From: Octopus vulgaris
Taxonomy: Eukaryota
Reading direction: 5' to 3'
DNA: 64,000 nt
Assembly: GCA_951406725.2 (NCBI GenBank)
Contig: OX597825.1
Coordinates: forward strand, 868,001 to 932,000
The position numbers and the translations under genes are program-made. Each line of letters begins with the position of its first letter. Within the stretch, counting starts at the first letter, position 1. Below the pieces are notes generated by a model, which worked only from the letters and a program-made list of their open reading frames with translations, was not told the origin of the DNA and made no database searches. Shown one piece after another: positions 53,252 to 64,000 of this stretch.

Positions 53252-53745
53252 TATTTGTCTCCGTTTGTCTTCATATTGACAGTACAGGCAAAGAAGTGTT
53301 GTTGGATCTTGTCTTCAATAAAAAATGTTCCACAGCTCAGAGCTTTTAACAAGTGAAACAAACAGAATGAAGAAAAATACTTTACATGGAAAAGATGTAA
53401 TGGTTGGAAATGGTAAGGGTGTTTAGTCATAGAATGCTGCATCAATGAGTCTCCTCTCCCAATTCCTTTCAGCATGGGAAGAGAGATGTGTAAAAACAAG
53501 GATGGCAACAATGGCAGTGATCCCACTATCACCATTTTATCACCTAATTTACCCGGCTTACACAAATGGCTGGGCTTTCTTCAGCACCAGATATCATCAT
53601 TAAGGTTCTTTCTCCTCTCCTTCATGAGGTCCAGCTTCTTGACTCAGTCATATACATGTCCGGGTATAAATTATGAGTGTGTGTGTGTGCTGTTATTCGA
53701 TTGTAGCAAACAGCTTATTCAATTACAATTTCTACTTGAAACAGA

Positions 53746-53813
<68 letters not shown>

Positions 53814-53953
53814 TATGTAATTTTCTGCTTCTTAAAACTCTCTGAAGTATAGATATATTTTTTATGAGCCACTTACTGACACAGAGAAAGGATTTTGTGC
53901 TTAGAGGAAATCTATTTTATAATTGATGATGGTGGTGCTCAAGTGTGGCCACA

Positions 53954-54244
53954 TCATCATCATCATTGTTCGACCGTGGTCGAGACAATGGAATTTACCA
54001 TGTTGCGCCAGACTTCACGGTCCATCATAGCATTACGGAGGTCCTGTTGCTGGATGCCTGTATCCCTGGAGATTACATCAGGGTAGGAGAGTGTGCGCCC
54101 TCTGGTGTTGCGAGTAGATGGCTTCCAGAGGAGAAGAGTAGAAATTACTTCTTTTTCAGCTCTACAACAATGTCCAGCAAACTGGACTCTCCTACCCTTC
54201 ACAAGAGATGACACAGGTGGTAATTTCCCATATATTTGCATTTT
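53954..54244 (-). mobile_element. Young 5'-truncated LINE (second RTE/RTE-X-like family) with 12-bp TSD
   Basis: Open frame IYGKLPPVSSLVKGRRVQFAGHCCRA..LLLWKP..RGR..MMDREVWR, then stop and (TGA)n tail. TSD agtgtggccaca at 53942-53953 and 54245-54256. Confidence 0.9.
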
Positions 54245-55668
54245 AGTGTGGCCACAGCCATACAGGCTGTGAACCAGTAAAAGAATAAAAGATAATTAAT
54301 GTGAAACAAATAGCTGAAGATTAAACTGCAGGACTGCTGGTTACATGAATGAATGTTTGAGACATTTTTGTAGTTAACAGGAATGCAATTTTTTTAAAAG
54401 GGTAACTAATAGTGTAGAAAAGTGAAAATCCTGCAGATATGGTTTGGAGTTGAAAACTTACTGCAAACACTGACTGGAACCGGTTAACAATGCTTACATT
54501 TCTGTTTGCCTTGCTGGAGGGACAACAAGTTCCAATTCAACTTTAAGGCTAATAGAGTAGTTATGAGGGAAAGTATCCAACACTAAAATTATTTGAAGCT
54601 CTCCATGACCAACATCAATAAAAATAACAGCCTACTAGAAATAGCAACCAAATTCCCACGAATCATGCTACACTGTGATCATAGATAAATAAGGATACAA
54701 GAGACAGTGCAGTCCTTGAATAAAATTAATGAGAAATAAAGAGAAGAGGGGAAAATCATGACTGAAATATGTTTGATCATAGGTCTTCTTCTCTTTGGGC
54801 TGACATGAAACTAAACAGCAACAGCCACAACAAGAACAGCAACTTCAAACCATCATACTGGCCAGATCAACATAGAAATATACGGATATAGAATCATTTT
54901 TAACAATGCTTACAGAGACAAGATATTCTCTTACAAAAATTTGCTGGGAATTTATTAATCTGAGATGAATTTTTTTTTGACTAACTAAACCTTAAATGTA
55001 TAAAATTAGATGTATTTCATTGAATTTAGATAGAGAAATTAAATATCAAACAGCATTAGAAAGTAACTTACCTGCATTTTGAATTTCTGTGGTTTTAATC
55101 GTGCACAAAAGAATGAGAGAATTGTTTGTGATGACAATTGCATTATGTGTACCTTTTATTTTTTGACAGTACAATGAAAATATGCTCTTGATAACACTAT
55201 TAGTAGCTTGCGCATCAAAAGATAAATTATTGTTAAAAATAATTATACTTCACAAAATAACACATACACACAAAAAAAGTAACAAATAATAAAATTAGAT
55301 TATAATATGAAGATATTTTCTTTCAGCTTAAATACAAAAAATTGTCTGTTTAAAGTTACCAAGTTTAATGGTTTTTTAATTAACAGAAAAATTACAGTGA
55401 AGTTGTAGTGACATAGTAACATGTATCGGAAGCTGCAAATTGTCCGCAGTATTAGTGTGTTAGGTTTTTATGAGTGCTGTGAAAATAGCAAAGTTACAAG
55501 TGTCAACATTTCATTCTTATTTTTTGGCCATAAAAAGATTGACAAGAAAAAAAAAATCAGAATTTCTGATAAAACTGGGTCACAGACAAAGTACATATAT
55601 CATCACGTATACCTGAAACAATTAAGGTGCAACACTAATCAAACTCTTTTACAGATACACAGACACAT

Positions 55669-55720
<52 letters not shown>

Positions 55721-57231
55721 CAAGCAATTTGGCGTCACATTGATTAATCAAACCTAATTGTTATTTATTATTTCATTAAATCCTATTTCCTCCAGAATAT
55801 ACATTTTTATTTCAGAGCTGTACTTGTTTGGCAAATGGCTTGATCTGATCTCATCTGTTGGAACTGAAATAAATGCGTCATTGGGAAGAATATAGAGAAA
55901 TAAAAAAAACTAAAATGAGATAAATATAATAAACATTCCGATCTGTAATAACCATTTGAAACAGACATATACACCACATGATTCACTTTTGTTTTATTTT
56001 GCATTACAGTGGAAGAGACTGTCACTGATCACCTCAGAGATGTACAACAACAACAACAAAAAAAACTTGGATACTTAATAATACACAATTCTAATGCAAA
56101 TGAAAATAAAACTGAATATAATAGTGCATATATGTGTACAGAAATGGCTATCATGATTCTACAACATTGCAATATTTTATATTTTTCTTCTCTGAAGTAA
56201 AGTAGAAAATCATGCAAACACTGTTTATTCTAAGTTCATTTTCTGTATTTTCCAGCAAATCACAACCATCATCATTTCCATAGCTTTCTTCTTCTAATGT
56301 TATCATAGCTTAAATGGATTTGCAAATTAAAAATCTCTTCAAGTGTTTCAATTGTTTATAATATCATGGGAGAGGTCTGACACTCCAAAGTTTTAGACAA
56401 CCACTACTATTTCTTGAGTTTTCTTTATTATATATGCCCACCCACCACCCCCAACAACTGGTGACTCTTCTTCATCCATCATATAATCTTCTCTCCTACA
56501 TTATGCATAGCCCAATGACTTGCTGAACCAGTTACATTCTCAACTCACTCTAAGTAAAAAATTTCACAACATATGATCCAGACTGAATTTGTTCTTATCC
56601 AATAAGTAGACAACAACTGTACTTTCCTTGCAATCACTGCCAGTTTCACTGCCAGCCTGCAAAGCACTTGCAATGCATGCATTATATAACCTGTTCTTTT
56701 GTATGGAAACACAAATAGCAGTTTCCTAAACTTTTAGAACTTCCCATAAGCCCTAGACACAATGTTATTACCAACTCTATTCCAGGTACTAATTACACCA
56801 TTGCAGTGAAGTAATTTCTCTGCTCTTCCAGTTAGCCATTTGAGCAGTTCATGGTCTTCCCTCCATAATTGCTTCTGTTGCTATTCCAATATATCTGATG
56901 CATCAAAAACTTTCAACACCCTGACATTCAGTAAACTAGTGTTAGCATACAAATATTCTTGTGAATATCGAGTCCTGAATTCCTAATGCCATCCTAATGT
57001 CATTCTCTCAAGTTCTAATACGAAGAGAAGAAAACTACGGACAAGTCCTTGATATCCAATCATTTCATCATTAATTAGCTTATTTGTTCTTAAAAATAGT
57101 TTATTGAACAATCATTCTAATTAGAGTACAGAGTAATAAAAACTAAAATGAAATGATCAATAAGATTACAATCAAACTTTGGTTTTGCAGTTATATTTCA
57201 TATTAGAGATATAAGTTTTTCTTAGCCTTAA

Positions 57232-57449
57232 CCCTTTCGATACCGACCCAACTGAAACTGCCTCTGGCTCTGTAGTACAAATGTCTTGTTTTCATAAGTT
57301 CTGAATTAAAATCTTCCACCAAACCTTAGTCACAACTTATGTTGCTAACACTAGCCTAATGATAACTAAGTTATTTTACTAAGCTCTTTGTTATATTTAA
57401 AATTGGAAGAAACACAGAACATCTCAACAGAAACACAATAATGAAAGGG
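57232..57449. mobile_element. piggyBac-type MITE
   Basis: TTAA|CCCTTTCG...TGAAAGGG|TTAA. Confidence 0.85.
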
Positions 57450-58029
57450 TTAATGACTTTTTTATGCTAATTAATTAACATGGAGTAATGTAATAATTTT
57501 ATAGCAAGTTATGGAGAATCAAGACTATAAATATTTTCTACAACAAAGATTTTAAGATTCATAGAGAAGAAGCATCGTTAGGAAAATTCTTGGATGCAGG
57601 CATAATTTTATTAGTTTGTGTCCTATGGAAACCCAGAAAGCTAGTGATGGTACCTACATATTGTCACCTAATTAAAGAGGAGTGTTAATGTAAAAGTCAG
57701 GTACACCAGTTTTACATTTTAAGTTTAAAAGAATAAAATTACAAATCATTAAGTGTTGAAGTTAATTGTTAAAAGCTGCCGAGAGCAGTAAGGAGGCTAA
57801 TTATTTGAGAGTCGGATCAAAATGTTTTGAAGTTTCTATTCTTGCACCTTATGCCATGAGTTTAAATTCTGCCAAGATGAAATTTGCCTTTCATTCTTCT
57901 GGGTTGATCAAATAAAGTACCATTCCAGGGTGGTAGGTTAGTGCAATTGCTACAGCATTGGACAAATTCTTATTTATTTTGGTGCTTTTATGTTCTGAGT
58001 GTTCAGGCAGGGGAACTTGCTTGTATTTT

Positions 58030-58395
58030 ATGTCTTTTTACTTGTTTCGATCACTGGACTTTGGTCAGGGTGGTCATGGTGGGACACCGCCCAGAAGGGT
58101 TCAGTCAAACAAATTGATCCCAGTACATAATTTTAAACCTGGTGCTTATTCTATCAGTCTCTTCTGCCGAACCACTAGGTTACAGGGATTTAAACAAACC
58201 AACACTAGTTGTCAAGTGGTGGTGGACAAATATACACACACACACATACACATGATGGGCTTCCACATAGTTTCCATCTACCAAATTCACCTAGAAGGCA
58301 TAGGTTGGCCTAGGGCTATAGTGGAAGATGCTTGCCCAAAGTGCTGTCCAGTGGGGCTGAACTCTGAGTTTCTTAAGCACACGACCAGACCATAT
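58030..58395 (-). mobile_element. Family A SINE, diverged
   Basis: Collinear with 12166-12543. Confidence 0.8.
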
Positions 58396-60549
58396 AAAGA
58401 ATAGCGAAAGGAAGCAATGGGGAAACTGCATTTGAAAATGGCAATGACGAGCAGCACAGAGCAGCAGTTGCTGATGAAGTTAGCAGGGATTATTTGCCGA
58501 TAGGAAGAAGGAAGGAAGTAAGAGCTTATAGGAAAGCATAGTGGCTGAAATGGTCGTCTAAAGGGTCTCTGGAGTAATTGTTGCTCATAGCTTGGAGATC
58601 AAAGAGTTTCCCCAGGTTGAGCTTCTTCATGAGAGATCACAACTCTGGTACTATGGATATGCGATTAGGGTGTTTTAGGAAGGAATTACAAGACAGATCC
58701 TTCAAGCCAAGCACACTGGCAGGTGACCTTGGAGTAGACCAGGAACAAGATAGATGTCCATAGACTCAAATGGATATTGGGAACCCAGTCAGAAAACTCT
58801 AATGACAGTTGCTTCTGACAGAACCTTATGAAGGAGGTGCCTGACGACTCCTCTACCATCACAATGCTCCAAAGAATAGCGAGTGAAGAAAAATTGATGA
58901 CTGTTGTTGACATTGTTGTTGCTATTTAGCCCCAGCACATGCATTATCAAATGCAAACCTGTTGTGACCAATCAGACTTTGGACTATTTTATCGATATGT
59001 CCTGTTCAGAAACAGTAGGATGTAACTTGAAAGACATTTTGTTGCTATTTCTAGCAGATTGAGCAGTTATACAGAGACTGATGTTAGGTAATTGCATAAA
59101 ATGGAAAAAGCACAGGTAAATGAGTCCCTATATGTTCACACTACTGAATAAAAATAACAGCCAAATCTCTCTCAAATCAGACCCCACAACCATTGGAGGA
59201 TGAAGTCCCTTGTACGAAGAAAAAGATGATGACATGATCACCTTGAAATATTTTTTGGCAAATGTCTATTCAACAATAAACATACTCACTACTTTTCTAT
59301 ATATATATAAAATAAGATCCCAAAATTTGAATTCTGTCTCCTGAAAGGGATCTAGATTTATTTTGTAGAATATTCTACATTTTAAGAGCATAATTAGTCA
59401 AGCATCTTTTTACACAATGACTCAACACTTTGCAACATGATTATCGAGTAATTTTTTTCTTTAAATAGCATAAAAAATGTATATAGTACCTAATTTTTTT
59501 GTTTCCTTACAGTAAGTAGGCAACCTTTATATACAAAATGACACTGGTATATTGGTGATGTATGTTTTGGGGGTGACTTTAACCTGCATCTAGTAGTAGG
59601 GGGCCCCTGGTTCAGGAGTTCTATGGAATTACCACTTAGCTGTTATTATTTGCCCATATCTATTCTGACCTGGAGTAGCAGCACCTGTTAGAGCCTCAGG
59701 TGTGGATTAATTAGCGTGTTAGGGCTTGCCTTGCAATGCATAGGAAGACGGAGTCTGTGGAAGAAAACATCATTGTTCAAGAGAGGAGAAGGTGGCTACA
59801 GTAACAAATTGAAGAATGCAGAGAGGAAGATAACCATCCCCTCCAAACATCTCCATCTCCACTCGTTTTGACTTGGTCTTGCCATTGGATTGAAGATAGT
59901 CACAGATGAGTCGACAGTGCACAGATCATCTTCATTTTAAACAAAGTCACTGGGCAAATCATTAGTCATCATTAATCGTGACTGTATGGATGACCAATGG
60001 TGATGTATAATCTTTCTAAATGATGACCAGACAGAGATCACTGATGATGTATCATATTTCTTTAAAAAAAAGCACCTTACATTATTGTTTTAAAATTTTA
60101 GAAATATTTCTTTCATTATATTTTTCACAAAAAAATGCAACAACAATTTCAGAATTGATTGATATTTCAAGAATTAAATAAACAAAAGCAAACAAATAAA
60201 AAAAAAAATAAATAAATATAGAACCAAGAAATATTTAATTTACTTTCAATCTACCTCTAGCAATGTTAGATTTATTCTGTGGATAGCAAGTTATTTTAGT
60301 CAACCAGCTTTGGTGGTTTTATGTATTTACTAGAATATTCTTATTAAATTGTTTTTTTACTAGAGAAGTTTGGAAACAAATGTGTATTTACACCTTACAG
60401 TTCATCAGAAATTATAAATCATTTTATGAAAATCATAAATCACGAGGAAATAAAATTACATTGTTTGCTGATTTATGAAGTTGCTTTAAATTTTTATTTT
60501 AGATAAATCCTTCACGTATTTTACCAAATGTTTGCCAAAATAAATAGTG

Positions 60550-60691
60550 TGAATGTGTGTGTGAGAGAGGAAGTGAAAAAGAAGGTGTGTGTGTGTGTGA
60601 AGGAGAGAGAGGAAGTGAGAAAGGGCATGTGTCTGTGTGTGTGTTTGAGATGGAGAAAGAGGAGGAGGAAGTCAGAAAAAGAGACAGGATA

Positions 60692-60735
<44 letters not shown>

Positions 60736-60904
60736 TGAGAGAGTGTGTGTATTTGTGTACTCAAATATTATCTATTTCTCTGTGTCTGTGAGAAAAAGAG
60801 AAATAAAGCTAAAAAGAGAAAACTTATATGAGAGAAAGAGAGAACGTTTGAGAGAGAGAGAGAGAGTGTGAGAGAGAGAGAGAGAGTGTGTGTGTGTGAG
60901 AGAG

Positions 60905-60936
<32 letters not shown>

Positions 60937-60945
60937 TGGGGAGAG
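60550..60945. repeat. (GA)n/(GT)n low-complexity tract
   Basis: Direct inspection. Confidence 0.93.
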
Positions 60946-61394
60946 AAAAAACATAGCGAAAAAACAAAAAAAACTAGAGTGGGAAAGAGAGATGCAGTTT
61001 CCTAAAGACGAAAGTTCTAGTTTTATCCTGGAAAGTCTAGCAATGAATAGTTAAATAATAAATTACTATTAAACAGTGTTAATTATTTTGAAATATTAAT
61101 TAAACTTCAAAAGAAACAAAAATAATGAGATTAGAACAATGATCTGAGAAATATTGCATGACTTGTAACAACATGTTGTTAAATTTGTTGTTTGGCATCA
61201 AATAGAATGTTGCAAGCACGGCCAGGTGGTTATGAAGTTCACCTAGCACCCTCGACTAATGATTTGATTCCAATATGTGGTACACAGCCATGGGTCAACC
61301 GAGGCTGCGTTGAGTGAAAGCCATTAGATGGCAGAAACTGAGCAGCAACTTATTAGAGAGAGAGAGAGATAAAGAGAGAGTGTGTGTGTGTGAT

Positions 61395-62655
61395 TTGGTC
61401 CCATAAACTTAAAATGACTTGCAGTGACTTTTGAAATGGTCAAAATTTGGTATTGTGGTGTTATCAAGTACCTGCAGGAAAAAGAGTTTCGCCCCCAAGG
61501 ACATTCATTAGGAGATGATGCTCCAGCTTTATCAACAGTGCAAAGATGGGCAGCTGAGTTTAGGAGGGAAAGGGAGAGCCTTGAAGATGACCCAAGATCT
61601 GGATGACCTGCAACTGCCATCACTTATGGATGACAAGTGATTGATGATAAATCAAATAGCCAATGCTATTAGCATATCCAGTGAGAATCTTTTGCACAAT
61701 GATCTTGGCATCATGAAGTTTTCTGTTCAGTGAGTGCCATGTCTTCTGACACCTGATCAAAGGTGTACCAGGCTGATCCCATCATGGGGGAAATCTGACA
61801 TTGTTTGATGCAGATCCAGTTAATTTCCCAACATGGAATGAGTGTTAAGTTCACTTTGAGCCAGAGGCAAAGAGACAATCCATGCAGTGAAAATACCCCT
61901 CCTCACCTGCTCCAAAGAAGACCAAGTTCCTTCATCTGTACAGGTGATGGCCTCAGATTTTTGGGATGCAAAAGGCATTCTCTTTATTTACTGTCTTTGA
62001 AAGGGCCACACCATCAATGGAAAATATTATGCCAACTTGCTGAGGAAATTACGAAAGACTATAAAGATTGCACACCCAGATAAACTGACAAAAGGGATCT
62101 TGTTTCATAAGGACAATGCTCCAGCACAGAAGTCCATGGTTTCAATGGATGCTGTACATGATTGTGGTTTCAAACTGGTTAATCAGACTCCCTGTTTTCC
62201 TGATTTGGCCCCCATCTGACTATCAACTGTTCACCAACATAAAAAAAAAACATTTGGCTGGGAAGTGATGGTGATGTGTGTGGTTGATGACACATTTAAC
62301 TAACAGGATGAAAGCTTCTTTAGCAAAGGGATCCAAGCACTGCAACCCCGATGGAAGAAGTGTGTGGACCGCAAGGTGTACTAGGTTGAAAAATAAACAC
62401 CATTTGATCACATTCCATGAGAGTTTGTTGTTTGTTCCTTCTCGAGCCATGCCTGGCTCATAAGGGCCGGTTTCCTTGGCATATAGGTTCCCCACCTGGA
62501 TGGGACACCAGTCCGTCGCAGGTGAGCTGCAAGATGCAGGAGGAAAGAGTGAGAGAAAGTTGTGGCGAAAGAGTCAGCAGAAGTTCGCCATTACCTTCTG
62601 CCGATTCCATGAGAGTATCTTGGTCAATGTATGAACTTTTCAGCCAAGTCTCATA
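61395..62655 (+). pseudogene. Decayed mariner (DD34D-type) transposon
   Basis: LGDDAPALSTVQRWAAEFRRERESLEDDPRSG (HTH region) and GILFHKDNAPAQKS...QTPCFPDLAP (HDNA / YSPDLAP equivalents). Right end gaacttttcagccaagtctcaTA. Many stops and frameshifts; left TIR not visible. Confidence 0.9.
62425..62603 (-). mobile_element. Short retroposon inserted in the mariner 3' end, 13-bp TSD
   Basis: TSD attccatgagagt at 62412-62424 and 62604-62616; (AAC)-type tail at the left end. Confidence 0.8.
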
Positions 62656-63729
62656 AAATGGATTTTACCTTTCATCTCTTACAGGATTGACAGAGTAATG
62701 TATCAGAAAATTTACTGGGGCCGATATAACTTATACTAAAACCTCTTCAAGGAGATGGCCCTGCATGGCCACAATCCAGAGAATGAAACTGGTAAAGTAA
62801 TAAAAGACAATGGTGCAGATGATATTTTCTATTCACATTCTGTGATTAGGAAGAAGTGGAGAAGAATTCTCTTTTAGAATAACACATAGTGGAAACAATA
62901 CTATGTTATAACATGATTGCCTGACAATTTGTAGTTTGGAATGCATACATGCATAATAATTAATGAGTAGTCTGAGAATAGATGTGTTCATTAAGTAGCT
63001 TAAAAGACTTAAATAATTATCATTAAAATTGTAATAGCATGCATGACCTTTGTTAATTTAGAGATGATATTTACATATTGTATTCTTATAACGATTGAAA
63101 CAAACATTTAAATGACTTCTTTACGTCACAGGAAAGAAATTTATTTAATATTATTTCAATACAAAACTGTTATATTCTTATTGTTTAAATGAAGTACTGT
63201 CTGGGGTTTGTTAGTAACCAGCTAAAAGTAAAACATTGACACAAAGACAAGCTTCAGAGAGAGCATCTCTGTGGTTGTACAAACTGTAAGAAACAGTTGT
63301 GACATGTCCCAGAACCAACACTTTACTGTTTTAAGAAGGATGGATTAGATAATGTAGGTCTAAATACACCAAAAAAGACAGAAAGATTCACAGATGGAAT
63401 GTCTTTGCTCACAAGTCTGTTTGATCAGAGTTGACCTGAGGAATAACAACATATAAAACGAAAGAGAGAGAGAGTGAAGCCATCAACGTATCTATGTTAA
63501 TTAACTGAGAATATAACCCACTCGAGTTAATCCTGAGTGACAATGTTCTCTAAATCTAGAATTCAAATGTGTAGCAATTGCCTAACTATTGCTCTCTCAG
63601 TACATCGTGGATTTTTCAGGCTAATATATGTAAATGTATATCACGGGCTTCTGTAGCTGATAGATATTTACATTTTTTTAGATTTTAATAATTTCTGTGG
63701 TAAAATAAGCATTTTCACACCTAAAAATT

Positions 63730-64000
63730 AATAAATAAGAGTACAGTACAGTACTGCACCATATAACACATTAATTAGAATATATTAAAAGAGAATACGT
63801 AGTGTACCGTAGATGAGTAAACAAAGAATTGCAGATACTCTTTGGGAAATGAAACTCGGGAGGTGAATGTGTGGTGTTGGTTTGCATTTATGATAAAATA
63901 AATATATACAAAAATATACAGTACAGTACTGTTTCTACTTCACGGATTTTCACCTATCGTGTGTGTGTGTATGTGGGGGTGGGGGTGGAATGTAACATCT
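63730..64000. mobile_element. Possible pogo/Tigger-like DNA transposon end
   Basis: Repeated gtacagtacagtactg and a terminal cggattttcacctatcg..ggaatgtaac motif reminiscent of Tigger-like termini. Truncated by the window edge. Confidence 0.35.

Noticed and set aside
58400-58910. Possible decayed CR1/Jockey endonuclease region on the minus strand
   Set aside because: Only compositional resemblance; no clear motif recovered.

Overview
AT-rich eukaryotic non-coding DNA, not prokaryotic. The repeat content (RTE-LINE 3' ends with (ATG)n tails, tRNA-derived SINEs, very long (TA)n/(GA)n/(CA)n tracts) resembles what I recall of octopus genomes, so the taxon is an inference. I find no supportable host protein-coding exon, rRNA, tRNA or CRISPR array. 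Almost all long ORFs in the track are microsatellite or tandem-repeat artefacts. The window is a nested mosaic of decayed mobile elements: a Penelope-like retroelement with pseudo-LTRs, RTE-clade LINE fragments, DD37D/maT, mariner and hAT transposase pseudogenes, a non-autonomous Helitron, piggyBac-type and 8-bp-TSD MITEs, and at least four SINE-like families. Three signals stand out. (1) About a dozen minimal type-I hammerhead-ribozyme-like motifs of several unrelated sequence families; most lie in divergent fold-back inverted repeats, the same geometry as the Penelope element at 3.7-5.2 kb. (2) An RTE 3'-UTR module predicted to form a hairpin plus an A-rich H-type pseudoknot, amplified about 11 times in tandem. 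(3) A perfect NurRE-type palindrome (TGACCTTT-N6-AAAGGTCA) overlapping a TCF site and next to a CRE/AP-1-like site. All structures were folded by eye; none was computed.
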